From Malacoraja senta (lineage: Eukaryota): a DNA stretch of 64,000 nucleotides. Positions 1-11,992 of the stretch are shown here, in pieces; the stretch's first letter is position 1; the number at the start of each line of letters is the position of its first letter. A program made the position numbers and the translations under genes. The notes under the pieces are model-generated. The model made no database searches and was not told the origin of the DNA. It saw only the letters and a program-made list of their open reading frames with translations. The stretch covers positions 62,001-126,000 of the forward strand of contig JAXLNO010000269.1 in assembly GCA_038087875.1 (NCBI GenBank), in the 5' to 3' direction.

Positions 1-69
1 ACTTCAGCACTTTGTGTTTTGCTCAAGATTCAAGCACCTGTAGTTCCTTATGTCTCCATGTTAGAATTA

Positions 70-880
70 CAGGTTACTTACACCAGAGGAGGAGGTAATT
101 CGCCCCAATGAGCCTGCATCAGCTCCATGTAAATGCAATCCAGGTAATCCCATTTTCCACCCATTCCTCAGAGCCCTGCAAATACTTTTATTTCAGGTAG
201 TTACCCAGCTCCCTTTGTGCATTCAGACCCCAATCATTCATTTCAAAAAAAAAATCCTCATGTCACTTTTGGTTCTTTTGTCAATCACAACGCTTCCATA
301 TAGACAAGTTCTTGATCCTTCTGCCTTTGGGAAAAGGTTTGCTCCATCAATTTCCTTTACGTTTTTGAAGATTTCTATAAGATCTCATTGCACCCTCCTC
401 CGTTCCAATGAGAATAACCCCAGCTTACTCAGGCAACCCACATAATTTTAGCCCCTCATTCCTTGAAGCATTTTGTTTAATCTCTCCTGAATGCTCTCCA
501 AAGCCTTCTCATCTCTTTTAAAGCATAGCAATCAGAACTTGGTATAATGCACTTAGAAACTCCATGTGTACTTCTCTCCAGTTGGTAAACCAATCTTTCT
601 CTATTACTCTTATTTAGCTGTTTCTCTTTCCAAGCTGCCACGGAGACTTTAATTTTGTTGACAACCCTATTTTGTTAATAAACCATAAATTTCGATGACA
701 AATCTATTTTGTGGCTTTGTATTAAATGCCTTTTGGAAGTCCATTCACACTGCATCAACCCTTTATGTTACTCCATTAAAAATAAAAATCAATATGGCTA
801 GACATGATTTGCCATAAATAAAACCATGCTGGCTTTCTCTACCCAATCTACTCATTCAAGAGACAGCTAATAATGGTCTT
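70..880 (-). mobile_element. Highly decayed CR1-type LINE fragments
   Basis: The minus strand retains remnants of the RT motifs QHGF..GKSCL and DFQKAF (about 720-835) plus CR1-like 3' sequence. No long ORF. Confidence 0.6.
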
Positions 881-889
881 GATTATAGT

Positions 890-2430
890 TCATAAATTGT
901 AGGAGCAAAATTAGGTCATTTGACCAAACAAATGTGCTCCGCCATTCAATCATGGCTGATCTATCTTTCCCTCTCAACCCCATTCTCCTGACTTCTCTCC
1001 ATAACCCCTGATACTAATCAAGAATCTGTCATTCTCCGCCTTAAAATGATCCACTGACTTGGCCTCCACTGCTGCCTGTGGCAATGAATTCCACAGTTTC
1101 ACCACCTTCTGACTAAAGAAATGTCTCCTCATCTCCTTTCTAAAGGTACATCCTTTTATTCTGATGCTATGGCCACTGGTCCTAGTCTCTCCCACTTGTG
1201 GAAACATCACATCCACTCTATCCCGGCCTTTCACTATCCGTCGTTCCCTTCATCCTTCTAAACTCCTGCGATTACGGTCTCAGTGCCATCAAACACTCAT
1301 TATTTGTTAACTCAATCATCCCGGATCATTCGCGTAAACCTCCTCTGAATCCTCTCCAAGGGCAGCACATCCTTCCTCAGATATGGGGCCCAAAGCTGTT
1401 CACAATTCTCCGAATCTGGTCTGACCAGTGCCTTATCAGCATTACATCCCTGTTTTTATAGTCTAGCCCTTGCAAAATAAATTACACATGCCTTCCTTCC
1501 TAGCAATTCGACTTGCAAATTAACTTTTTGGGAATCCTGCACCAGCACTCCAAAGTCCCCTTGCACCTCTTATTTCTGAATTATCTCCTCATGTAGAAAA
1601 TAGTCTATGTCTTTATTTATACTGTCAAAATGCATGACTCCACACTTTGCTATGCTGTATTCCATCTGCCACTTCTTTGCCCACTCTCCCAGCCTGTCCA
1701 AGTCCTTCTGCAGTCTCTGCTTTCTCTATACTACCTGCCCCTCCACCTATCTTTGTATCATCTGCAAACTTGGCCACAAAGCCTTCAATTCCCTCATCCA
1801 AATCCTTGATATACAACGTGAAGAGTAGCGGCCCCAGCATTGATCCCTGCGGAACACCGCTAGTCACTGGCAGCCAACCAGAAAAAAACCTTTATTGCAC
1901 TTTTTGCCTTCTGCCAACCTGCTATCTATGCTCGCATCTTCCCTCTGATACCATGGGCTCTCATCTTATCAAAGGCCTTCTGAAAATCCAGGTAAACAGC
2001 ATCCACTGACTCTCCTTTGTGTATCCTGTTATTTACTTCCTCAAGGATTCCAACAGGTTTGTCAGGCAAGATCTCCCTTTCACAAAACCATGCTGACTGG
2101 CCTATTTTATCATAGATACATAGATACATAGAAAATAGGTGCAGGAGTAGGCCATTCGGCCCTTCGAGCCTGCACCGCCATTCAATATGATCATGGCAAC
2201 ATGAGCTTCAAGTACTTGGAAACCTCATTCTTTATAATGGATCTTACCGACCGCTGAAGTCAAGCTAACCGGCTTATAGTTTCCAATCTGCATTGTTCCC
2301 TTCTTGAACAGCGGAGTAATATTTGTAATTTTCCAATCGTCTGGAAACCCATTTGATTCCAGTGATTCTAACAAGATCACTACTAATGCCTCCACAATCT
2401 CTAAAGCCACCTCATTCAGAACCTTTTGGG
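890..2430 (-). mobile_element. CR1/HER1-type LINE, 3' half (RT pseudogene)
   Basis: ORFs 974-1234, 1625-1867 ([11 protein letters not shown]...KFADDTK), 1926-2129 ([11 protein letters not shown]) and 2225-2485 (WKITNITPLFKKG..NYKPVSLTS). A separate HER1 3' tail is inserted at about 2111-2197. Confidence 0.92.
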
Positions 2431-3719
2431 ATAACATTAAAGTTCTGGTGTTATTTATGCTAATCATCTTTGCCTGCTCTAGCACTTTTTTTTACCAGAC
2501 AAGTTCTGTGCAAGGTTTGCAAAACAGATATTCACCCATACCTTCTACCCAGAGATGCTGCCTGTCCCACTGAGTTACTCCAGCATTTTGTGTCTATCTT
2601 CAGTTCTTGATATGATCCCTGATTTGTCTCTCTATTTTTATGGCCTGATTTACCTGCATATTCTGTGGGTGGAATTAACATTTACTCTGTACTGGCTTTC
2701 TGTTGAATTCTTCCCATCAAAGAGATGCCTTTAACCCTGGAGGAATCTCTGGTCCTTGGAATATTTCAAACAAGAGCACAACCTCTGAGCTGCTGAACAA
2801 GATGGCTTTTTTTAATCTTACATTTGAAATGTTTGCCCCTTGGGATTGTCTTTTGCCACACTGTGTGAGATTATCCAGACATGACAATCCACTGCCAAAC
2901 TCTGAATCCTAGATAACAGGCTGTAATGGATGATATTAGTATTCATGTTTCAATGGGCCTTTTAGCTGCCAGGCCTCCCCTCCTGAAGAGGGAAGTGACA
3001 GGGACATTGCAGGGCATGACTTTGAACCATTCTTTGTCCAATGCATGCCTGATCTGCTGATAAAAAACATGAGTGGAAGAAAGTCTGAACAACTAAGTAC
3101 TAATTGATCAACCAAATGGAAGGCTAAACCAAAGAGAAAACAAGACAGCTGCAAGCACAAATCAAAGAAAGTCCGATAATTGCAGATGCTGGAAATCTGA
3201 AATAGAAACAAAATGTTGGAGAAAAACAGCAGGTGGAGAAGTATCAGTGAAAGCAAAACAGTTAAGTTAGCTATTTCTTTTCCACAAATACTGTCTGACC
3301 TGTCAAGTGTTCCCAATAGTTTCTAATTTTATTACAGATTTAAAAAGGGTGACTGCACTAGAGTTATTCCGTGGTCTGGGTTGGCTGCTTCTTAGAATTT
3401 GTTGGTAAATGCAGCTGGGTTACAACAGAACCATGATGTCCCCCCCTCTGTGGGCAAGTCCAGCATTTCCATCCAAGCATGGTCAAACATGCAAGTTTTG
3501 AACTTGCTCACATCTGAAGCTGAATTTTCCTAACGTCCACAACATTTATCTGTTTGGCTTCAGGTCCACATTCCCAATAGTTTGAATAAGGATGGTAGGG
3601 TTACAAGGAAGCACATCGGGTGTGGGTACTTGTTAAACTTATTATTTGTTGATTTAAAAAATATATTTTTATTTCTGTGGCCTGAGCCGGTGGAACCGCA
3701 GGATGCTGTGGGGAGCAAG

Positions 3720-4060
3720 AGAATAAATTGTTAGAGGTAATTTCGATACTTTTTTAGCAACAAGAGAGGTAGCAGATGACTAGAGGGTAGCTAATGTTGA
3801 ACCTTTATTTAACAAAGGCTTCTACGGACCTTCTAGTGATAGTCAGCATGTCATTAAACCGGAAAGAGTGCAAAAAAGATTTATGACAATGTTCCCAGGT
3901 CTGGAAGTTTGAGTTACAAGGAAAGGCTGTGTGTTTTTTTCCCTGGAGCATAGCTGGCTGAGGGGTAACTTTATAGTGGTTGATATAATCAAGAGGGGCA
4001 TATATAAGGTGAAGAGCCACTGTCTTGTCCCCAGGATAGGGTTGTCTAAAGTTCAAGGGC
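3720..4060 (+). mobile_element. Decayed CR1 LINE fragments
   Basis: CR1-like remnants 'gatgactagagggtagctaatgtt' and ORF FSLEHSWLRGNFI. Confidence 0.6.
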
Positions 4061-4247
4061 CAACGACACCAGATCATGACCTACAGAACAATGCCAGTTG
4101 TGTCATTTGCACTTCTATTAATTATAAACGGATAAATCCTGACCTTGATTGTTCCTGGACATCCCTTCTCTCCAACAACAATAGGAAAAATGTGCAAATG
4201 TTCTCTTTAATCAATATTGCTTTTCCCCTCACTTCTGCCTTTTCCTA

Positions 4248-4279
<32 letters not shown>

Positions 4280-4280
4280 A
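4248..4280. repeat. (TCTA)n microsatellite at the 5' end of the Helitron-like element
   Basis: Direct reading: tatctatctatctatct... Confidence 0.9.
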
Positions 4281-6125
4281 ATTATATAAAACTCTGTGGC
4301 TGCTTGACTTGTGGCTGCCTGACTTGTGTCCGCCTGACTTCCGTCTGCCACCAAATCCCCTTTGATACCGCCCTAGACCCATACAGCATGTGAAAACGCC
4401 AATATTTTTTACCATTTCTAAACAGATTACATTTATCTTTACGAATAGACACTCCTGATTAAATTTGGTCGTGTTTATGTACACTTTTTTAAATAAAATA
4501 CTTCTCCCCCACCAAACCAAACATTTCAAAATGTTTAAAAAAACAGCTCAGCCATAGAATGTTAGTAAAGATTCCGTTGTGTGATGTCACAATGCACAAT
4601 GCTCACAGATGACAAATCGGAATGGATCCATTTACATATGCCTTTGCAACAGCACAAGCCCCAGCCCCTCCCCCCCACCCCCGCAGCCTGTGTCGAAGGG
4701 CGTCGTCACGTGTGTGGGAATAGAGAAAGAGGATTGAATGGGGAACAGATGAACTGTCCCTACCCCTCCTACTTCCACTCTCCCTCGCCACTCTTCCTCT
4801 CCCACTCCCACACCCTCTCTTCCCCCTCCAACACCCAACATCTCTCTCTCTCTCTGCCCTTCTCTCTTCACAGCCTGCGGCTCGACTCATGCACGCCCGC
4901 TCCAAAACACCCCCTTCACCTCTCTCCCCCATCATCTCCTTCCTCTCTCCACTTCTCCTCTCCCCCACCCCCTTCCCCTCTCTCTTGCACCACTCCCCGC
5001 TACCCCTCTGCCCCTCAACTCCCCACTCTTCCCCTCTCCCTCCCCCACCTCTCTCCCTCCTCCCTCCCTCTCTCCCTCTCTTCCCCCTACTCCTCTCCCC
5101 TTCCCCTCATCCCCTCTCTCCACCTCTAACATCCCCTCCCCCCTTCCTGCCCTCCCCGCTCTCCTCCCACTCCCCACTCTCCTCCCCCTCCCTCTCCTCC
5201 ACCCTGCTCTCTTCTCCCTCACCAATCTCTCCCCTTTCCCCCTCCCCCTCTCCTCTTCTCTCCCCACCCCGTCTCCCTCTCCCCTCTTCTCTCCCCACCC
5301 GTCTTCCTCTCCCCCCCTCCCCCCGAGTGTGTTTGGGGGGTGGTTAGTGTGAGTTTGGGGGGTGGTTAGTGAGAGTGTGATGCCGCAGCCCCCCCCCCCT
5401 CGCAAACGCGCGTTGGGAAAACAGCCTTCAAACAGTCTCTCTGTCTTTAAGACGGAACTGCAGATGCTGGAAGATCGAAGGTACACAAAAAAAACTGTTT
5501 ATCCTCAGCGGGTGCAGCAGCAACTATGGATCGTAGGAAATAGGCAACGTTTCAGTAGAAAACCCCTAAGGATGGTCTTCGGCCCAAAGCGTTGCCTATT
5601 TCCTTCTCTCCATAGATGCTGCTGCACCCGCTGTGTTTCTCCAGCTTTTTTTTGTGTACTAGTCTCTCTGTCTCTCCCCTCTCTCTCTCTCTCTCTCTCT
5701 GCCCTTCTCTCTTCACAGCCCGCGGCTCGACTCATGCACGCCCGTTCCAACCCTCCCCCCCTTCACCTCTCTCCACCATCCTCTCCTTCCTCTCTCCACC
5801 CCTCTCCTCTCTCCCCCTTCCTCTCCGCCCTCCTCCTCAAATTTTTTTTTTCTAACATTAAATTTTCCCTCTGCCCCAACCCCTCTAGACGCATCTGAGA
5901 GGTGAGGGCTATTCGTCAGTGGATAGGGTGGAGATGGGATAAAAGAAGCAAATTAAAAGATTAAAATAATATCAAGGGGTGTGATGAGTGTGTGTGTGTT
6001 TGTGGGTGCCGGATTCCGTGCTTTGGAGGAAAGGGGGTGGTTAGTGTGACACCACAGCCTCCCCCCCCAACCCCCCCCAAATGCACGTTCGGTGTCCAGA
6101 CCCAACGGGTCTGCACTTGGTCTAG
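4250..6125 (+). mobile_element. Non-autonomous Helitron-like element, copy 1
   Basis: Starts A|TC(TATC)n...ATATAAAACTCTG. Ends with hairpin CAGACCC-aac-GGGTCTG (6097-6113), then CTAG (6122-6125) followed by T. No TIR, no TSD, no coding capacity. Confidence 0.72.
4760..5325. repeat. C/T-rich polypyrimidine low-complexity tract (counterpart at about 6820-7250)
   Basis: Almost pure C/T. It generates the spurious Pro/Ser and Gly/Arg/Glu ORFs. Confidence 0.9.
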
Positions 6126-7578
6126 TATTATATTAAAACTCTGTGGCTGCCTGACTTGTGTCTGCCATCCGCCTGACTTGTGTCACAAATCCCCTTTGAT
6201 ACTGCCCTAGGCCCACACAGCACGCGGAAACGCCGATATTTTTTACCATTTCTAAAAAGATTACATTTATTTTTACGAATAGACACTCCTGATTAAATTT
6301 GGTCGTGTTTGTGTACACTTTTTAAAATAAAATACTTCTCCCCCCCCCCCCACCCCAACATTTCAAAATGTTTAAAAAACAGCTCTCAGCCATAGAATGT
6401 TAGTGAAGTTTCAATTGTGTGATGTCACAATGCCCAATGCTCACACATGTCCAATCGGAATGGATCCATTTACATATGCCTTTGCACCAGCCCCAGCCCC
6501 TCTCCCCCAACCCCACAGCCTGTGTCGAAGGGGGTCGTCACGTGTGTGGGGGTGATAGGGAATGTGGAAATTTCAAAATATTAAAAAAACAGTTCTCAGC
6601 AATAGAATGTTAATGAAGGTTCTGTTTTGTGATGTCACAATGCCCAATGCTCACAGATGACAAATGGGAATGGATCCATTTACATATGCCTTTGAAGCAG
6701 CAACAGCCCCAGCCCCTCCCCCCCACCCCCGCAGCCTGTGTCAAACGGCGTCGTCACGTGTGTGGGAATAGAGAAAGAGGATTGGGGGTGATAGGGAATG
6801 GGGAACAGATGGACTGTCCCTACCCCTCCTACTTCAACTCTCCCTCCCCACTCTTCCCCCTCTCTCCTCTCCCCCTCCCTCCCCTCCAACCCCCTCTCTT
6901 ACCCCTCCACCACCCCTCTTCACCCCCATCTTCCCCCCACCCGCTTCCCCTCTCTCTTGCACCACTCCCCGCTACCCCTCTGCCCCTCACTCCCCACTCT
7001 TCCCCTCTCCCTCCCCCACCTCTCTCCCCCTCCCTCTCTTCCCCCTACTCCTCTCCCCTTCCCCTCATCCCCTCTCTCCACCTCTAACATCCACTCCCCC
7101 CCTCTCCCCCCTTCCTGCCCTCCCCGCTCTCCTCCCACTCCCCACTCTGCTCCCCCCCTCTCCCCCACCCTGCTCTCTTCTCCCTCACCAATCTCTCCCC
7201 TTTCCTCCTCCCCCTCTCCTCTTCTCTCCCCACCCCGTCCCCCTCCCCCCGAGTGTGTTTGGGGGTGGTTTGTGTGTGTGATGCCGCAGACCACCCCCCT
7301 CCCGCAAACGCGCGTTGGGAAAACAGCCCGTCAACAGTCTCTCTGTCTTTAAGAAGGAACTGCAGATGCTGGAAAATCAAAGGTACACAAAACAAAAATG
7401 TATAACCTCAGCGGGTGCAGCAGCATCTATGGATCGAAGGAAATAGGCAACATTTCAGAAAAAAAACCGTCTGAAGATGGCCTTCGGCCCAAAGCATTGC
7501 CTATTTCCTTCGCTCCATAGATGCTGCTGCACCCGCTGTGTTTCTCCAGCTTTTTTTTGTATACGTCTCTCTGTCTCT

Positions 7579-7616
<38 letters not shown>

Positions 7617-8072
7617 CTTCTCTCTTCACAGCCCACGGATCGACTGATGCACGCCCGCTCCAACACCCCCCTTCACCCCTCTCCCCATCCTCTACCTCCT
7701 CTCTCCACCCCTCTCCTCTCTCCCCCTCTTCTCTCACCACCTTCCTCTTCCCCCTTCCTCTCCCCCCTTCCGCACCACCCTCCTCCTCGCCCTCTTCAAA
7801 TGTTTAAATTTTCTCTCTATGCCCCCCCCCTCTAGACGCACATGAGAGGTGAGGGCTATTCGTCAGTGGATGGGGTGGAGATGGGATAAAAGAAGCAAAT
7901 TTAAAAATTAAAATAATATCAAGGGGTGTGATGAGTGTGTGTGTTTGTGGGTGCCGGATTCCGTGCTTTGGAGGAAAGGGGGTGGTTAGTGTGACGCCAC
8001 AGCACCACCCCCCCCACCCCCCCGCAAACGCACGTTCGGTGTCCAGACCCAACGGGTCTGCACTTGGTCTAG
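6126..8072 (+). mobile_element. Non-autonomous Helitron-like element, copy 2 (tandem)
   Basis: Colinear with copy 1 from TAAAACTCTGTGGCTG. Same 3' hairpin (8044-8060) and CTAG (8069-8072) followed by T. Has an internal duplication of about 200 bp. Confidence 0.72.
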
Positions 8073-8596
8073 TGTACAGTAAAACCAATAGGGTAACCAA
8101 GGAGAAGGTAGGATAAATGGGAATTTATGCTCGGAGGATGTAGACGAGGTACTAAATGATACTCCACAACTGTATTCACCAAGGAGAAGGACATGGAGGA
8201 CAGTGAGCTCAGTGTGAGGAATACAACATGCAAGGGCAATTTGATATTAAGAAGAAGGTGGTGTTGGGTTTCAAGGTGGGTCCCAGGGATCTAATGTGAT
8301 CTATCGCTGGTTACTGAGAGTGATTTCAGGGGCATTGATGAAAATCCTTGCATCTTCTCTAGCCACAGACGAGGTCCCAGAGGATTGGGGAGTAGCCAAT
8401 GTAGATCTTTGTTTAAGAAGGGAAATAGAGATAATCCAGGAAATTATAGGTTGGTGATATTCATGTCAGTGGTAGGGAAGCAATTAAAAAGTATTCTTCA
8501 GGATAGGATTCACTCTCATTTGAAAGAGAATGAGCTAATAGGAGACAGTCAGCTTGGCACATCATGTCATACAAATTTGATTACGTTTTTTGAGGA

Positions 8597-9561
8597 GGGC
8601 ATTCACGGTGGCGCAGCAGTAGAGTTGCTGCCTTACAGCGAATGCAGCGCCGGAGACCCGGGTTCAATCCCGATTACGGTTGCTGTCTGTACGGAGTTTG
8701 TAGGTTATCTCAAGTTCAAGTGAGTTTATTGTCATGTGTCCCTGATAGGACAATGAAATTCTTGCTTTGCTTCAGCACAACAGAACATAGTAGGCATTGA
8801 CTACAAAACAGATCAGTGTGTCCATATACCATTCTATAAATATATACCCACATGAATAAATAAACTGATAAAGTGCAAATAACAGTTAATGGGCTATTAA
8901 AGTTCAGAGGTTTGTCCGAGCCAGGTTTAATAGCCTGATGGCTGTGGGGAAGTAGCTATTCCTGAACCTGGTCGTTGCAGTCTTCAGGCTCCTGTACCTT
9001 CTACCTGAAGGTAGTAGGCAGATGAGTGTGTGGCCCGGATGGTGTGGGTCCTTGATGATGCTGCCAGCCTTTTTGAGGCAGCAACTGCGATAGATCCCCT
9101 CGATGGAAGGGAGGTCAGAGCCGATGATGGACTGGGCAGTGTTTACTACTTTTTGTAGTCTTTTCCTCTCCAGGGCGCTCAAGTTGCCGAACCAAGCCAC
9201 AATGCAACCGGTCAGCATGCTCTCTATTGTGCACCTGTAGAAGTTAGAGAGAGTCCTCCTTGACAAACCGACTCTCCGTAATCTTCTCAGGAAGTAGAGG
9301 CGCTGATGTGCTTTCTTAATAATGGCATCGGTGTTCTTAATGGGTCATCTCCGTGACCTGCATGGGTTTTCTCCGAGATCTTCGGTTTCCTCCCACATTC
9401 CAAAGGCGTACAGGTTTGTAGGTTAATTGGCTTGGTAAATGTAAAAATTATCCCTAGTGGGTTTAGGATAGTGTTAATGTGCGGGGATCGCTGGTCGGCA
9501 CGGACCCGGCGGGCCGAAGGGCCTGATTCCGTGCTGTATCTCTAAACTAAACTAAACTAAA
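8597..9561 (+). mobile_element. HE1-like tRNA-derived V-SINE, interrupted by a Rex-Babar insertion
   Basis: A box TGGCGCAGCAGTAG (about 8609), B box GGTTCAATCC (8661), V-core resuming at 9352, HER1-like tail GGGCCGAAGGGCCTG and (CTAAA)n. Confidence 0.85.
8712..9342 (-). mobile_element. Rex-Babar clade LINE 3' end
   Basis: ORF 8904-9266 has FYRCTIES...LPSGRRYRSLKTATTRFRNSYFPTAIRLLN. Imperfect TSD ggttatctc (8703-8711) / ggtcatctc (9343-9351). Confidence 0.88.
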
Positions 9562-9574
9562 GGTGATGAACGTG

Positions 9575-10245
9575 TTTTGTTTATTATTGTCCCGTGTACC
9601 GAGGTACAGTGAAAAACTTTTTGTTGCGTGCTATACAGTCAGTGGAAAGATTATACATGATAATAATCAAGCCATCCACAGCGTACAGATACAGGATAAA
9701 GGGTATAACATTAAGTACAAGGTAGAGGCCAATAAAGACCGAATAAAGTCTGATTAAAGATAGTTCAAAGGTGGCTGATGAGGTAAATGGGAGGTCAGAA
9801 CTGTTCACAAGCTGGTGAGTGAACGGTTCAGTTACCTGATAATAGCTGGGAAGAAATTGTCCCTAAATCTGAAGATATGCGTTTTCAAACATCTGTATCT
9901 CTTGACTGACGGGAGAGTGGAGAAGAGGGAGTGACCGGAGGGAGACTGGTGCTTAATTCTGCCGGTGGCCTTGCCAAGGCAGCGTGAAGTATAGATGAAG
10001 TCGACAGAAGGGAGACTGGTTTGCTTGATGGTAGGGGCTAAGCCAACAATTCTCGACAATTTCTTGCAGTCTTGGATGGAGCTGTTCCTAAACCATGCTG
10101 TGAAGCATCTGTAGACGTACAGTAGGTAGGGGTTGTTGGAGACATGCCAAATTTGCTAAACATTCCAAGATAGTCGAGACATCGGTGTGCTTTCTTAGCC
10201 ATTGCTTCGATGCGGCTGGTCCAGGACAAATTGCTGGTGATTGCT
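9575..10245 (-). mobile_element. Rex-Babar LINE 3' fragment
   Basis: ORFs 9832-10059 (LPSVKRYRCLK..RFRDNFFP) and 10038-10271 (NLSWTSRIEAMAKKAH). Confidence 0.82.
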
Positions 10246-11399
10246 TGTGACCTGCTGTCACACAACTCCAAAGATCAGAGTTATTGATAGCCTCAAGTGC
10301 TGTCTGTGTGGAGTTTATTTGTTCTCCCTGTGATCACATGGGTTTCATCTGTGTGCTGTGGTTTCCTTCAATATCTTAAAAACCTTTGGGTTTGTAGGTT
10401 AATGGCCTTTGTAAATTGCCCCTAGTGTGAATAGGTGATCAATAGTCATCAGGAAGCTGGTGGGCCGAATGGCCTGTTTCCTTGCTGTATCAATCAATCC
10501 ATACAATATCATATAACTTTATTTATCCCAGGAGGGGAAATTGAGGGTAGGGCAGTGGATGTTGTCTACTCAAACTTTAGGAAGGCATTTGATAAAGTTT
10601 CCCATGGTGGTCTAATTATGATGCATGGGATCCATGGTGATTTTGTCAGTTGAATTCAGCACTGGCTTAGTCAACGTTGGGGTCTTAGGGTCGAAGTTTA
10701 TTGCTCCCTGATAGTGGCAATACAGATAAATAGAGTGGTTAAGAAGGCATTGCCTACGTCTGTCGGTGCATTGAGTGTTAGACACAGGAAATCATGTTGC
10801 AGCTTTACAGGACTTTGGTTAGATCGCATTTGGAGTATTGTGTGCAGTTCTGGTCACCCCATTACTGGACGGATGTGGAGACTTTGGAGAGGCTGCAGAA
10901 GTGGTTTACCAGAATGCAGCCTGGATTAGAGGGTATTACCTATAAGGAAAGATTGCACACACTTGGATTGTTTTCTCTGGGGTGTCAGAGGCTCAGGGGA
11001 GACCTGATAGAAGTACAGTATATAAGATGATGAGACATACAGATAGGCTAGACAATCAGAACCATTTTTCCAGGGTAGAAATGTCAAAGGGATAGAACAA
11101 AGCTTTAAGGTGAGAGGGGCCGTTTAAAGAAGATGTGCGGGGCAGGTTTTTTACACAGAGTGTGGTGGGTGCCTGGAACGCACCGCTACGTGGTGATAGT
11201 GGAATTTAAGAGGCTCTTGGATAGGCACATGTGCAGGGAAGAGAGCGATATAGAACATGTGCATGCCGAGTAGATTAGTTTAACTTGGCATCATGTTCCT
11301 GTGCTGTACTTTCTATCTTCCTGTCAAATTAGACACAATACCTTGAAAAGAATAATAGGATGGAACAGTCAGCATGGGTTTATGAAAGGAAAATCATAT

Positions 11400-11992
11400 G
11401 GGTGGTGCAGTGGCACAGCTGGTAGAGCTGTTGCCTCACAGTGCCAGGGATCCAGGTTCAATCCTGACCTCGGGTGCTGTTTGTGTGGAGTTTACATGTT
11501 CTTCCTGTTTAATTTAAAGATACAGCATGGAAACCGGCCCTTCGGACCTCTGAGTCCACACCAACCAGCGATCTTAACACCATCCTACACACACACACAC
11601 ACACACACTAGGTACAATTTACACTTATACCAGCCAATTAACCTACAAACCTGTACGTCTTTGGAGAGTGGGAGGAAACCGAAGATCTCGGAGAAAACCC
11701 ACGCGGACACTGGTAGAACAAACTCGTAGTCGGAATCAAACCCCGCAGCAACTTTACCACTGCGCCACCGTGCCGCCCACCATTCTGAAACTGCGTTGGT
11801 TTCCTCCAGGTACTTCGGTTTTCTCCCACATCCCAAGGCGTGCGGAATTGTAGGGTAATTGGCCTCTTTAAATTGCCCCTAGTGTGTAGGGAATGGATGA
11901 GAAGGTGGGATAACATGGGACTCACTGGTCAGTGTGGACTCTGTGGGCCGAAGGACCTGTTTCCATGCTGTATCTCTGAAAACTAAAACTAA
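11400..11992 (+). mobile_element. HE1-like SINE (+) with a second HE1-like SINE (-, about 11508-11778) inserted in it
   Basis: Plus-strand head with GGTTCAATCC at about 11456. The minus copy ends ...tgcgccaccgtgccgccc. The plus copy resumes at about 11790 and ends in an (AAAACT)n tail. Confidence 0.82.

Larger units (their letters stand above)
8075..11310 (+). mobile_element. Old CR1 LINE split by nested insertions
   Basis: ORF 8385 FKKGNRDNPGNYR...FFEE; resumes at 9562 (gtgatgaa) and 10540 (EGRAVDVVYSNFRKAFDKVSH); ORF 10794 LYRTLVRSHLEYCVQFWSP; 3' end near 11310. Confidence 0.85.

Noticed and set aside
2944..3057. Possible terminal exon QIRHALDKEWFKVMPCNVPVTSLFRRGGLAAKRPIET* (minus strand)
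   Set aside because: It has a plausible acceptor, but the peptide is unrecognised and cannot be linked to other exons.
4581..7835. Long Pro/Ser-rich and Gly/Arg/Glu-rich ORFs
   Set aside because: They are by-products of C/T low-complexity tracts that lack stops in several frames, inside a repeated element.
8597..8680. tRNA gene
   Set aside because: The A/B boxes belong to the tRNA-derived head of a SINE that continues into core and LINE-derived tail.
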